Source of the DNA: Actinomycetota bacterium | Lineage (GTDB): Bacteria; Actinomycetota; CADDZG01; JAHWKV01; JAOPZY01 | Length of the DNA stretch: 35,026 bases | Assembly (NCBI GenBank): GCA_025963875.1 | Contig: JAOPZY010000189.1 | Location: forward strand, 1 to 35,026 | Reading direction: 5' to 3' | Part shown: positions 1 through 10,386 of the stretch, in pieces | Numbering within the stretch: position 1 is the first letter of the stretch | How the letters are laid out: each line of letters starts with the position of its first letter | Position numbers and translations under genes: made by a program | Notes under the pieces: generated by a model | What the model was told of the DNA's origin: nothing | The model's database searches: none | Seen by the model: only the letters and a program-made list of their open reading frames with translations

Positions 1-150
1 CGGCTGCTCGAGCAACAGATCGACGCAGCGAAGATCGGTCCGGTTCAGGCCAAGCCGGTCCGCAAGGGCCTGGTCCAGAGCGTCGGTCTCCCGCTGGTAG
101 CGACGGATGGCGGCCGTCAACTCCATCACCTTTGGTGCAGTTTGGTTCAT
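1..150 (-). CDS. MarR-family transcriptional regulator, N-terminal part (runs off window start)
   Basis: Not in the ORF track; manual translation from ATG at 150 gives MNQTAPKVMELTAAIRRYQRETDALDQALADRLGLNRTDLRCVDLLLEQP, and 'LGLNRTDLRCVDLL' is typical of actinobacterial MarR proteins. Confidence 0.8.
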   Translation of the reverse strand, partial: MNQTAPKVMELTAAIRRYQRETDALDQALADRLGLNRTDLRCVDLLLEQP

Positions 151-184
151 GCTTCGATTCTCGGATGCTTCGAGAGTCTAAGCA
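149..184. promoter_or_regulatory. Possible MarR autoregulatory operator
   Basis: ATGCTTCGA repeated at 149-157 and 165-173; imperfect palindrome TGCTTCGA-GAG-TCTAAGCA at 166-184, directly upstream of the MarR start. Confidence 0.4.
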
Positions 185-1482
185 ACTCCCCTGCGCCGGA
201 GCCACCACCCTCCCGCCAGGATCACCGCCCCGGCGGCGACCAGCAATGCCGACACGAACCCGCCCTGCCCCCGGTGCCCAACGGGCGCGGCGGCGGTCCC
301 GCTCCGTGGTGCAGACGAACCGGAGGAAGGGGAGGCGGAAGGAGACACCTGCGGCGGCGTCTCGACGGCAGGGGCGGCATTGCCGAGATAGCCGGCATCG
401 CCGGACTCCAGCAGGATCAGCTGGCCGGCGTCGCCGGCGCTGAACGGCCATGCCCGGCCCGCGGCGAGTGCCCCCGCCCGGATGCTGCCGGCCGCCGCCT
501 GGCTCTCGGCCGTCGAGCCCGTCTGCAGGAGCGCCCAACCGGCCACCGCCCAGTACCCGGTGGCTTTGGACCCCGCTCGGTAGCGGGCCAGGGCGGCCGG
601 CTTGGACCAGTCCGGTTGCTCGTGGAGGAAGTGGTCCATGATCCGGGTGCCACGGTCGCCACCGGCCAGGCCGAACGCGACGGCCCAGACCTGCTGCAGG
701 GCGTCGGGGTCCAGGACCGACCAGTTGGCCGCCTCCCGCTTCCCGCTCGCGTGGACGGCCCAGACGTACGACCCGGCGACGGGATCCCAGAGGCCCTCGA
801 CGCCCTGGCGCAACCGGGCTGCGTCCTTCCCGGCGCGATCCACGATCACGGCGTTCCCGAGCGCGCGGCCGAGCTCCCCGGCCGCGACGAGGCCGGCATA
901 GGTCTCCGCCTGGTCCATCAGGTACTTCACGGGGTACCCGGGTTTTGCCCACGTGAGACCGTCGGCGTCCTGCGTGGCCCCGATCGCCTCGAGGGCCCTG
1001 GTGATTCCCGTCGAGAAGCGGGGCAGCTCCGGCGTCCCGCCCGCCGGTTGCGGGAAGCTGCGCTGAGCCGCCAGCAGCGCCAGCAGAAACAGCCCGGCCG
1101 GCGCGTCGGTGGAGTCTCGAATGCCGGCGTCACGCAGGCGGCATCCGCTGTTCGTCCAGTCATCGATAAATCCACTTGCATCCATGTGGCTTTGGTACCA
1201 GGTCAACCATTTCCACGCTGCGGTGGCGTACCGCAGCTCGCCGGTCACCTCGGCAGCCCGGACAAGACCGAGCGCGGCGAAGCTCCCCAGGTAGGGCTGG
1301 ACGGTGCCGAACGGGGGATGGTTGGCGATGGCCCCGTCGGGACATTGGCCGGCGAGGACCCATTCGGCATCGGCCCTCACGGTCGAGATATCGGTAGCGG
1401 CAGCCAAGCGCGGCCCGGCGATCGCCAAGAGCGGGAGTACAAGGCCACCGGCGAAAAAACAGCGAAGTCTCCCTAGCAACAC
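178..1482 (-). CDS. Exported, C-terminally membrane-anchored protein, possibly (alpha/alpha) barrel glycosidase-like
   Basis: Signal-peptide-like N-terminus, Trp/Tyr/Asp-rich helical core (DSTDAPAGLFLLAL, YLMDQAETYAGL), Pro/Ser linker, hydrophobic tail followed by RRR; the fold assignment is inference. Confidence 0.55.
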   Translation of the reverse strand: MLLGRLRCFFAGGLVLPLLAIAGPRLAAATDISTVRADAEWVLAGQCPDGAIANHPPFGTVQPYLGSFAALGLVRAAEVTGELRYATAAWKWLTWYQSHMDASGFIDDWTNSGCRLRDAGIRDSTDAPAGLFLLALLAAQRSFPQPAGGTPELPRFSTGITRALEAIGATQDADGLTWAKPGYPVKYLMDQAETYAGLVAAGELGRALGNAVIVDRAGKDAARLRQGVEGLWDPVAGSYVWAVHASGKREAANWSVLDPDALQQVWAVAFGLAGGDRGTRIMDHFLHEQPDWSKPAALARYRAGSKATGYWAVAGWALLQTGSTAESQAAAGSIRAGALAAGRAWPFSAGDAGQLILLESGDAGYLGNAAPAVETPPQVSPSASPSSGSSAPRSGTAAAPVGHRGQGGFVSALLVAAGAVILAGGWWLRRRGVA

Positions 1483-1638
1483 GGCTCCGTGTCAGGTAGT
1501 CTTCTCAGCACCAAGACGACCTGCCGACTGGCCGATATGACGTCGAATCGACTTGGAGACTTTTTCTGAAGGAGTGGAGCTCGGGGAGCGCATCAAAATC
1601 GGGCGGCGGCCCCAGATTCTCCTCCAATTCCTTCCATT

Positions 1639-1694
1639 CCTTAACCTCAACTGAAGGTTTACTGCACCATGTCATCCTCTAGTTGAGGTTAAGG
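1639..1694. repeat. 14-bp perfect inverted repeat in an AT-richer intergenic region
   Basis: CCTTAACCTCAACT (1639-1652) and AGTTGAGGTTAAGG (1681-1694), 28-bp spacer. Confidence 0.8.
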
Positions 1695-1735
1695 GAAACC
1701 AGTGCCTTCCAGCAGGAAGGGGCGCTAAACCGGCT

Positions 1736-2239
1736 CTACGAGGAGCGATCGTGCCGGAGACGGCGTACGAGCGCCGACGATGATCCGTTCGATTCGAAAT
1801 CATCCAGGATTTCGGCAAGGGCTGCCCTGACGATCCTTCCTCTGTCGGAGGCGAGCCTGTGCTCCGCCCGGAGGGCCAGCCGGGCCCGCTCGATGCGGGT
1901 CAGGTCGGAGGGAGTGCAGTAGAAGGTGACCTTCTCCTCATGGCGTGGGCGGCGCCCGGCGTCGCTCTCCGCGGGAACGACGTCGTCGCTCACCGTGAGG
2001 GCTGCCGGCGCCGGAACGGCAACCGGGACCACCGGAGGCTGAGCCTGCGGCCGGGGGTCCGGCTCCTGCAAGGTCCGAACTTCCTCGACCCTGCTATCCC
2101 CAGGCCCAGGTCCTGACTCCTTAGCGACTTGTAGACTTACCGCCTCGGAGACTTGGGGCTCGTCCGGTCGTTCGTCCGCCCGTTCCTTCTGACTGCGGAA
2201 CAGCTCGTCGACACCGGGAAGGCTCGCACGACGGGTCAT
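1736..2239 (-). CDS. Conserved actinobacterial protein encoded downstream of orphan ParA; probable C-terminal ribbon-helix-helix-like domain
   Basis: ATG at 2239 overlaps the parA stop (ATGA); begins MTRRASLPGVDELF; C-terminus RHEEKVTFYC...SDRGRIVRAAL. Confidence 0.75.
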   Translation of the reverse strand: MTRRASLPGVDELFRSQKERADERPDEPQVSEAVSLQVAKESGPGPGDSRVEEVRTLQEPDPRPQAQPPVVPVAVPAPAALTVSDDVVPAESDAGRRPRHEEKVTFYCTPSDLTRIERARLALRAEHRLASDRGRIVRAALAEILDDFESNGSSSALVRRLRHDRSS

Positions 2240-3369
2240 CGGGACATCACCTCCTTCGCGAGTTCCCGATATTCCCGTGCCCCGCCCGATTTCGGCGCGT
2301 ACGTGACGATCGGTTCGCCGGCCACCGGGGCCTCGGCGAATTTGATGGTCTTGTGGATGATGGTCTTGAACAGCTTGTCGCCGAACGCGTCGGTCACCCG
2401 GCTGAGCACCTCCCGGCCGTGGATCGTCCGGGCGTCCAGCATGGTGGCCAGGATGCCCTCGATCTCGAGCTCGGGATTGATGCGCTCCTGGATCTTGGTG
2501 AGCGTGTCCATGAGGAGGGCCATCCCCCGAAGCGCGAAGTATTCGCACTCGAGGGGGATCAGCACTGCCTGGGCTGCCGTCAGGGCGTTGATCGTCAGCA
2601 GCCCGAGCGACGGAGGGCAGTCGATGAGGATGTAGTTGTACCGGTCCTTCGCCCGGGCGAGCGCCCGCTTGAGCGACTGCTCCCGGGCCACCTCCGAGAC
2701 GAGCATGATCTCGGCCCCCGCCAGGTCGATGTTGGAAGGGATCAGGTCGAGGCCGTCCATCTTGCAGTGCTGGACCACCTCGTCGAAGGTCACCGAGGCG
2801 TCGAGCAGCAGGTTGTAGACGGTCAGGTCCAACGAGTTGGGGTTCAGCCCGAGCCCGACCGAGAGGGCCCCCTGGGGGTCGAAGTCGACGAGAAGCACCT
2901 TCGCCCCCTCGGCGGCTAGGGCAGCCCCCAGGTTGATCGTCGACGTGGTCTTGCCGACACCTCCCTTCTGGTTGACGACGGCGACGACCTTGCCGACCGG
3001 GAGATCCACCGGAGGCACCGGCGGAGCCTCGACGAAAGAAGCCTCGAACGGATCCCCGACGAACGGAGCCTCGACCAGCGGCTCCAGCGGCTCCGGCAGC
3101 ACCTCGAACACCACTTCCTCCTCAGCCGGAGCTTCGGCAGGCGGCGTCGCGGGCATCGCGGCCGTCACCACGTTGGCCGCAGGGGGCGGCGCCGGGGCCC
3201 GCCGGCTCGAGGGTGGGACCGGTACGGGGGCAGCGGGCGGCGGGAACGTGTCGGGCAGGAACAGCTGCTGATCCTCGAGGGCACCCCCGTCGTACCCGGC
3301 GCCTTGAGGGGCGCCTCGGGCATTGCGACCCACCTCGTCGTCCCACCGCACGGAAGACTCCTCGTCCAC
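2236..3369 (-). CDS. parA: ParA/Soj-family ATPase (orphan, Rv1708-like position) with Pro-rich N-terminal extension; start uncertain
   Basis: Deviant Walker A NQKGGVGKTT, DFDPQG, IDCPPSLG, PLECEYFALRG. Confidence 0.92.
   Translation of the reverse strand: MDEESSVRWDDEVGRNARGAPQGAGYDGGALEDQQLFLPDTFPPPAAPVPVPPSSRRAPAPPPAANVVTAAMPATPPAEAPAEEEVVFEVLPEPLEPLVEAPFVGDPFEASFVEAPPVPPVDLPVGKVVAVVNQKGGVGKTTSTINLGAALAAEGAKVLLVDFDPQGALSVGLGLNPNSLDLTVYNLLLDASVTFDEVVQHCKMDGLDLIPSNIDLAGAEIMLVSEVAREQSLKRALARAKDRYNYILIDCPPSLGLLTINALTAAQAVLIPLECEYFALRGMALLMDTLTKIQERINPELEIEGILATMLDARTIHGREVLSRVTDAFGDKLFKTIIHKTIKFAEAPVAGEPIVTYAPKSGGAREYRELAKEVMSR
3296..3318 (-). repeat. 23-bp dispersed repeat, copy 1 (inside parA 5' extension)
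   Basis: Reverse complement of CGAGGCGCCCCTCAAGGCGCCGG. Confidence 0.9.
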
Positions 3370-3455
3370 AAGAATGTTTGTCTACAAATAGTCTTGGAGG
3401 CGCATCTTAAGACCGGGCAGCCTGCGAGCGCAAGAGGACGCCCGGAATGCAAGGC

Positions 3456-4682
3456 TCAGAGGAACGCCGTACCAACCGGCGGTAGCTCCAGCGAGAGCGA
3501 GAGCGAGAGGAGGCGGGCGATGGTCGCGGCCACGTCGGCGAAGGTCTGCCGCCGGCCGACATCGAGGCCCGAAGGGACCCGGTGCCCCACGGCAAGGATC
3601 GGGACCAGCTCCCGGGAATGGTCGGTGGAGGGCGTCGTCGGGTCGTTGCCGTGGTCGGCGGTGACGAACAGCACGTCCCCCGGCCGCAGCGCCTCCAGCA
3701 GCCGCCCGAGCGCGGCGTCGAACTCCCGCAGTGCCCCGGCATAGCCGGCCGGGTCGTTGCGGTGGCCGAAGAGCGTGTCGAAGTCGACGAGGTTGGCGAA
3801 CACGAGGCTGCCCGCGGGATCCGGCTCCTCGAGGATGAGGGACGCCAGCGCCGCGAGGCATGCCTCGTTGCCTTTGGCGGGAAGGTTGCGCCCGATCCCC
3901 CGCCCCGAGAACAGGTCGCCGACCTTCCCGACCGCGGTGGTCGGCAGCCCGGCGGCCCGGGCGGCGTCCAGCACCGTCGGGGCCGGCGGAAGGACCGCAA
4001 AGTCCCTGCGGTCCGGTGTGCGGAAGAAGGCGCCGGCGGACCCGGCGAACGGGCGGGCGATGACCCGCCCCACCTCGACGTCGCCGGTGAGCATCGCCCG
4101 AGCCTTGGCGCACCAGTCGTGGAGCTGGACGACGGGCACCGACTCGACATGGGCGGCGACTTGAAAGACGCTGTCGGCCGACGTGTAGACAATCGGCCGG
4201 CCGGAGGTGCGGGACTCCTCGCCGAGGGACTCGATGATCTCGGTGCCCGAGCCGGCGACGTTGCCGAGGCTTCCCCTCCCGATCCGGCGCTCGAACCCGG
4301 CGATGACCTCGTGCGGGAAGCCGTACGGGAACGTGGGGAACGGACGGGCCAGGATCACGCCGGCCAGCTCCCAATGGCCCGTGACAGAGTCCTTGCCCGC
4401 TGAGGCCTCCGCCATCGTGCCGAAGGCGCCCAGCGGCGTCGCGGCGGGCGGCGTGCCGGCAAGGTCGACGACGTTGCCGATGCCAAGGCGGCCGAGATGC
4501 TCGAGCACCAGGCCCCCGACCGCCTCGTCGATGTGGCCCATCGTGTTGGAACCCTCGTCGCCGTAGTCGGCGGCATCCGGCGCGGCTCCCACCCCGACCG
4601 AGTCGAGGACCAGGAGGAAGACCCGAGAACTGATGGGAGAAGGGTTGGTCGAACGAAGCGTCAGCGCTTCTTCTGCGCGCAC
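3456..4682 (-). CDS. deoB: Phosphopentomutase (start uncertain: GTG 4682 or CTG 4662)
   Basis: LVLDSVGVG, GKDSVTGHWE, YTSADSVFQVAAH, GRVIARPF, NLVDFDTLFGHRND, TADHGNDPT, DHSRE motifs. Confidence 0.93.
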   Translation of the reverse strand: MRAEEALTLRSTNPSPISSRVFLLVLDSVGVGAAPDAADYGDEGSNTMGHIDEAVGGLVLEHLGRLGIGNVVDLAGTPPAATPLGAFGTMAEASAGKDSVTGHWELAGVILARPFPTFPYGFPHEVIAGFERRIGRGSLGNVAGSGTEIIESLGEESRTSGRPIVYTSADSVFQVAAHVESVPVVQLHDWCAKARAMLTGDVEVGRVIARPFAGSAGAFFRTPDRRDFAVLPPAPTVLDAARAAGLPTTAVGKVGDLFSGRGIGRNLPAKGNEACLAALASLILEEPDPAGSLVFANLVDFDTLFGHRNDPAGYAGALREFDAALGRLLEALRPGDVLFVTADHGNDPTTPSTDHSRELVPILAVGHRVPSGLDVGRRQTFADVAATIARLLSLSLSLELPPVGTAFL

Positions 4683-5011
4683 GAGATGCAGAGTCGGGCG
4701 GTCGGGACGGCTTCGAGGCGCTCCGGCCCGATCTCCTTGCCGCAGCGCTCGCACCGGCCGTACGAGCCGCGGTCCACACGGCCGAGCGCCGACTGGACGT
4801 CGTGCAGGTGCTTGATCAGGCCCTCCACGAAGGAGAGCACCTTGGCCCGCTCGGAGGTGGCCTGCGCGGCGTCGGCGAATCCCTCGTCGAGGGAGACCTG
4901 GATGGAGCCGTCGGCCTCGGCACCCAGCTCGGCGAGCTCTTTCTCGATCTCGACGAGCTCGGACTCCAGACGTTGGCGGGACTGGGCCAGTACGTCGTCG
5001 CTGAACGGCAC
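4661..5011 (-). CDS. TraR/DksA C4-type zinc finger protein
   Basis: Coiled-coil N-terminus, YGRCERCG...ERLEAVPTARLCISC; GTG at 5011 preceded by AGGGAGG ribosome-binding site. Confidence 0.88.
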   Translation of the reverse strand: MPFSDDVLAQSRQRLESELVEIEKELAELGAEADGSIQVSLDEGFADAAQATSERAKVLSFVEGLIKHLHDVQSALGRVDRGSYGRCERCGKEIGPERLEAVPTARLCISCAQKKR

Positions 5012-5159
5012 CGGATCCTCCCTTTTCGCCAGGCGCTTCGCAGCGCACCAGGGTCGCGCTTCACCCCCCACCTGGCGAAGCCTTCAGCTGAATTGACAAT
5101 GGTACCAAATCGTTACGTCTGCGGTGCGCGTGCCTAATTGACAGGACGCGGCGTCTGCC

Positions 5160-6293
5160 CTACCGCAGGACGGTGGCCAGCGGGACGCTCGGCAGTCGGT
5201 GGGCCTCCGCCACCGGGGCGCTCACGACCTGGCCGCGGTACAGGTTGACGCCGGGCGCCAGGGCACGGTCCCGTGCGACCGCGGTCGCAAGGCCCTGTCC
5301 CGCCAACTCCATGACGTAGGGCAGCGTGGCGTTCGTCAGGGCGTAGGTCGAGGTGTTGGGGACCGCCCCCGGCATGTTGCCGACGCAGTAGTGCACGACG
5401 TCGTGCACGACGTACGTGGGGTCGGAATGCGTCGTCATGTGGGCGGTCTCGACACAGCCGCCCTGGTCGATCGAGATGTCGACCACCACCGAGCCGGGCT
5501 TCATCGCGGCCACCATCGCCTCGGGGACGAGGTGCGGGGCCAGCGCACCCGGCACGAGGACGGCGCCGATCACGAGGTCGGCGGATGTCACCGACTCCTC
5601 GACGGTCGTGCGGTTGGACATGAGCGTCAGGATGCGTCCCTTGTGGATCGAGTCGATGGAGCGGAGCCGGTCGATGTTGCGGTCGAGGATGATGACCTCG
5701 GCCTCCATGCCCTGGGCGATCCAGGCGGCATTCGCCCCCGCCATCCCGGCCCCGAGCACGACGACCCGGGCCGGCTGCACCCCGGAGACCCCGCCAATCA
5801 GCACGCCGCGGCCACCGTGGCCCTTCTCAAGGAGCCTCGCTCCGACCTGCGGCGCCATGCGCCCGGCCACCTCGCTCATGGGGGCGAGCAGCGGGAGCTT
5901 GCCGTCCGCGGTCTGCACGGTCTCGTAGGCGATGGCCGCCATGCCCGAGTCCAGCAGCGCCTGCGTGACCTCCCGGCTGGCCGCCAGATGCAGGTACGTG
6001 AAAAGCATCCTCGCCGGCGACCCGTCGGTGGGGCCACCGTTCAGCAGACCGAACTCGGAGGGGATCGGCTCCTTCACCTTGAGGATCAGCTCCGCCCCCG
6101 ACCACACGTCCTCGAGCGACACGATCTCGGCTCCCGCCCGTTTGTAGTCGGCATCGGAGATCGCGGACCCCTCGCCCGCGCCGGCCTGGATCAGCACCCG
6201 GTGCCCGGCGCTCACCAGCTCCCTGGCTCCCGGCGGCGTCAGCGCCACGCGGTACTCGTGGTCCTTGACCTCGGTGGGGACGCCGACGATCAC
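5160..6293 (-). CDS. ald: Alanine dehydrogenase
   Basis: VGVPTEVKDHEYRVALTP, KVKEP, FTYLHLAA, PMSEVAGR, DISIDQGGC, NMPGAVP; GTG overlaps the NUDIX stop. Confidence 0.96.
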   Translation of the reverse strand: MIVGVPTEVKDHEYRVALTPPGARELVSAGHRVLIQAGAGEGSAISDADYKRAGAEIVSLEDVWSGAELILKVKEPIPSEFGLLNGGPTDGSPARMLFTYLHLAASREVTQALLDSGMAAIAYETVQTADGKLPLLAPMSEVAGRMAPQVGARLLEKGHGGRGVLIGGVSGVQPARVVVLGAGMAGANAAWIAQGMEAEVIILDRNIDRLRSIDSIHKGRILTLMSNRTTVEESVTSADLVIGAVLVPGALAPHLVPEAMVAAMKPGSVVVDISIDQGGCVETAHMTTHSDPTYVVHDVVHYCVGNMPGAVPNTSTYALTNATLPYVMELAGQGLATAVARDRALAPGVNLYRGQVVSAPVAEAHRLPSVPLATVLR

Positions 6294-6832
6294 CGCTGAT
6301 CCTTGAGGCGCGTGAGGACCAGACCGAGGGCGGTCTTGGCGTCGACGATCCTGCCGCCGGTCACGGAGTCGACAGCCGCGTCGAGGCGGAGCCATTCTGC
6401 CGAGATGGGTTCGCCGCCGTCGTGCTCCGGCGCCGGGGCGACCTGTTCCAGGTCGGTGGCGAGGTACAGGTAGAGGCGCTCGTCCGTGAAGCCGGGTGAG
6501 CTGTAGAACACGCCGAGCGATTCGAACGTGCCGGCCACGTAACCCGTCTCCTCCTTGAGCTCGCGCCGCGCGCAGTCGAGGGGGTCCTCGCCCGGGACGT
6601 CGAGCTTGCCCGCGGGGATCTCGAGGAGGTCGGCGGCCACCGCGTGGCGGTTCTGGCGGACGAGCAGCACCGCGCCATCCTTGAGCGGCACGACCGCCGC
6701 AGCGCCCGGATGCCGGACGATCTCGCGGGTGGCTTCCCGTCCGTTCGGCAGCCGGATCCTGTCGACGTGGACCGAGAAGAAGCTGCCCTGGTAGGGCGAC
6801 TGGGACTCGATCACTTCATGGTTGGTTGACAC
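6290..6832 (-). CDS. NUDIX hydrolase (ADP-ribose pyrophosphatase-like)
   Basis: REIVRHPGAAAVV, Nudix box EIPAGKLD...ARRELKEETG, SSPGFTDE, DAKT. Confidence 0.92.
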   Translation of the reverse strand: MSTNHEVIESQSPYQGSFFSVHVDRIRLPNGREATREIVRHPGAAAVVPLKDGAVLLVRQNRHAVAADLLEIPAGKLDVPGEDPLDCARRELKEETGYVAGTFESLGVFYSSPGFTDERLYLYLATDLEQVAPAPEHDGGEPISAEWLRLDAAVDSVTGGRIVDAKTALGLVLTRLKDQR

Positions 6833-6852
6833 GTCTACGCAACGCCGAGCCG

Positions 6853-8541
<1,689 letters not shown>

Positions 8542-8654
8542 TCAGATTACCACGGTGTAAGCCGCTTCCCAGTCTTTCCGGCACGAATGTCCTTCCCTGT
8601 CGAAGAAGTTCGCGGTCCCGTAACGTAGAGGGACGTGGCGGACGCGGTCCCAGC

Positions 8655-9512
8655 CTACCCGCGCTCCGCGGTCCGCCCGATCCGGTCGAGCCATCGAAGG
8701 GGCGGCACCTTGTTGATGGCCCGGGAGAACGACCAGCGCTCGGAGGCGGCGGTGAGCACGACGAGCGCCCCGAGCACCACGAGGCGCCCCCGCACGGTCA
8801 GCGACAGGGCGACGCCCGCCCCGAGGACCGCCCCGAGCAGGTTGGCGCCGACGTCGCCGAGCATCCCGCGCTCGTTCAGGTCGGGCGCCAGCCAGAGAAG
8901 GGTGGCGGCGGCGACCGGCAGCGAGAGAACGACGTAGGCACTCCCCCACGAGACCGCGGCGAGCACGACCCAGGCGATGAGGAAGGCCTTGGCTGCCCTG
9001 CCGGGTCGCAGGTCCAGCAGGTTCACGATGTTGGCCGAGAGGGCGACGACGGCGGCGTCCAGCAGCGCCGGGCCGAGGCTGCCCTCCCAGAGGGCGCCGA
9101 CGATGAGCCCGATCGCCGCCCCCCCGAGGGCCTTGATGGCGCCGCCGGTCAGCTCGCCGCGAGCCATCGCCCGGACGTGCCCCCGGAACCCGCGGGCACG
9201 GCCCCCACCGGCCAGGTCGTCGAGGAGGCCGACGGCGAAGAACCCCAGCCCCGCCACGAGCAGGCCCCAGTGGTCCCTCGACGCGAACGTGGCCGCCACG
9301 CTGCCTCCGCTGCTCACGAGGTAGGTGACGGCGAGGGCGACCTCACCGCCGAGCAGCCCCGCCAGGATGACAAGACCCCCGACGACGGGGATCTCCCTGC
9401 CGCGGAAGTTGGTCCTCAGCAGTCCCTCCGGCGGCCTGGCGAGCAGGGAGGTGCCCACCACCGCGGCGACGGTGAACGCCAGCGCGGCCACGGCGATCGC
9501 CAGGAAGACCAT
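8655..9512 (-). CDS. Glycosyltransferase family 4 (MraY/WecA-like) membrane protein
   Basis: Multiple TM segments; GLLDDL, NIVNLLDLRPGRA, MLGDVGAN motifs. Confidence 0.8.
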   Translation of the reverse strand: MVFLAIAVAALAFTVAAVVGTSLLARPPEGLLRTNFRGREIPVVGGLVILAGLLGGEVALAVTYLVSSGGSVAATFASRDHWGLLVAGLGFFAVGLLDDLAGGGRARGFRGHVRAMARGELTGGAIKALGGAAIGLIVGALWEGSLGPALLDAAVVALSANIVNLLDLRPGRAAKAFLIAWVVLAAVSWGSAYVVLSLPVAAATLLWLAPDLNERGMLGDVGANLLGAVLGAGVALSLTVRGRLVVLGALVVLTAASERWSFSRAINKVPPLRWLDRIGRTAERG

Positions 9513-9594
9513 GGCCCAAGACGATAGCGGGGCAACGGTGGCAAGCCCCGGCTTTCGCGCCGTCTTGCCCGGAGCCCTGTGTTACAACAGACGC

Positions 9595-10359
9595 GTGGGG
9601 GAGGCGGATCCGGCGGAAGACAAGCGGCAACTCGTTGTCCTGGAGGGGGTCCGGAAGTCCTTCGGAGATCTCCAGGCCCTGCGGGACATCGACCTGACGG
9701 TTTCCGCGGGCGAGGTCGTCGTCCTCATCGGGCCCTCCGGCTCCGGCAAGTCCACCCTGTGCCGCTGCATCAACCGCCTCGAGACCATCGACGCCGGCAC
9801 CATCCTGATCGACGGCATGCCGCTGCCGCAGGAGGGGAAGGCCCTGGCCAGGCTGCGGGCCGACATCGGCATGGTCTTCCAGTCCTTCAACCTGTTCGCC
9901 CACAAGACGGTCCTCCAGAACGTCACCCTGGGCCCGATCAAGGTGCGGGACATCCCCAAGGCCGAGGCCGCCGAGCGGGGCATGGCCCTGCTGGAGCGGG
10001 TCGGCATCGCGGACAAGGCCGACCGGTATCCGGCAGAGCTGTCCGGGGGCCAGCAGCAGCGGGCCGCCATCGCACGGGCGCTGGCGATGGACCCGAAGCT
10101 CATGCTCTTCGACGAACCCACGTCCGCGCTCGACCCGGAGATGATCAAGGAGGTCCTCGATGTCATGATCGAACTGGCGAAGGAAGGCACCACCATGATC
10201 GTGGTCACCCACGAGATGGGGTTCGCCCGCTCCGCTGCGCGGCGGGTGGTGTTCATGGACGGGGGGAGGATCGTCGAGACCGCAGACCCCGACACCTTCT
10301 TCTCGTCGCCGTCCACCGAGCGCGCCCGGGACTTCCTTTCCAAGATCCTGGCCCACTAG
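9595..10359 (+). CDS. gluA: Polar amino-acid (glutamate) ABC transporter ATP-binding subunit
   Basis: GPSGSGKST, LSGGQQQR, LFDEPTSALDPE, VTHEMGFA; GTG at 9595. Confidence 0.9.
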   Translation: MGEADPAEDKRQLVVLEGVRKSFGDLQALRDIDLTVSAGEVVVLIGPSGSGKSTLCRCINRLETIDAGTILIDGMPLPQEGKALARLRADIGMVFQSFNLFAHKTVLQNVTLGPIKVRDIPKAEAAERGMALLERVGIADKADRYPAELSGGQQQRAAIARALAMDPKLMLFDEPTSALDPEMIKEVLDVMIELAKEGTTMIVVTHEMGFARSAARRVVFMDGGRIVETADPDTFFSSPSTERARDFLSKILAH

Positions 10360-10386
10360 CAAGCACCCCCGAGAAGGAGACACACG

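Noticed and set aside
3491..3509. GCGAGA tandem hexamer at the deoB 3' end
   Set aside because: Only about three units, in frame (LSLSLS); too short to suggest phase variation
5091..5143. TTGACA hexamers as plus-strand -35 elements
   Set aside because: No -10 element at 16-18 bp spacing and no plus-strand gene downstream
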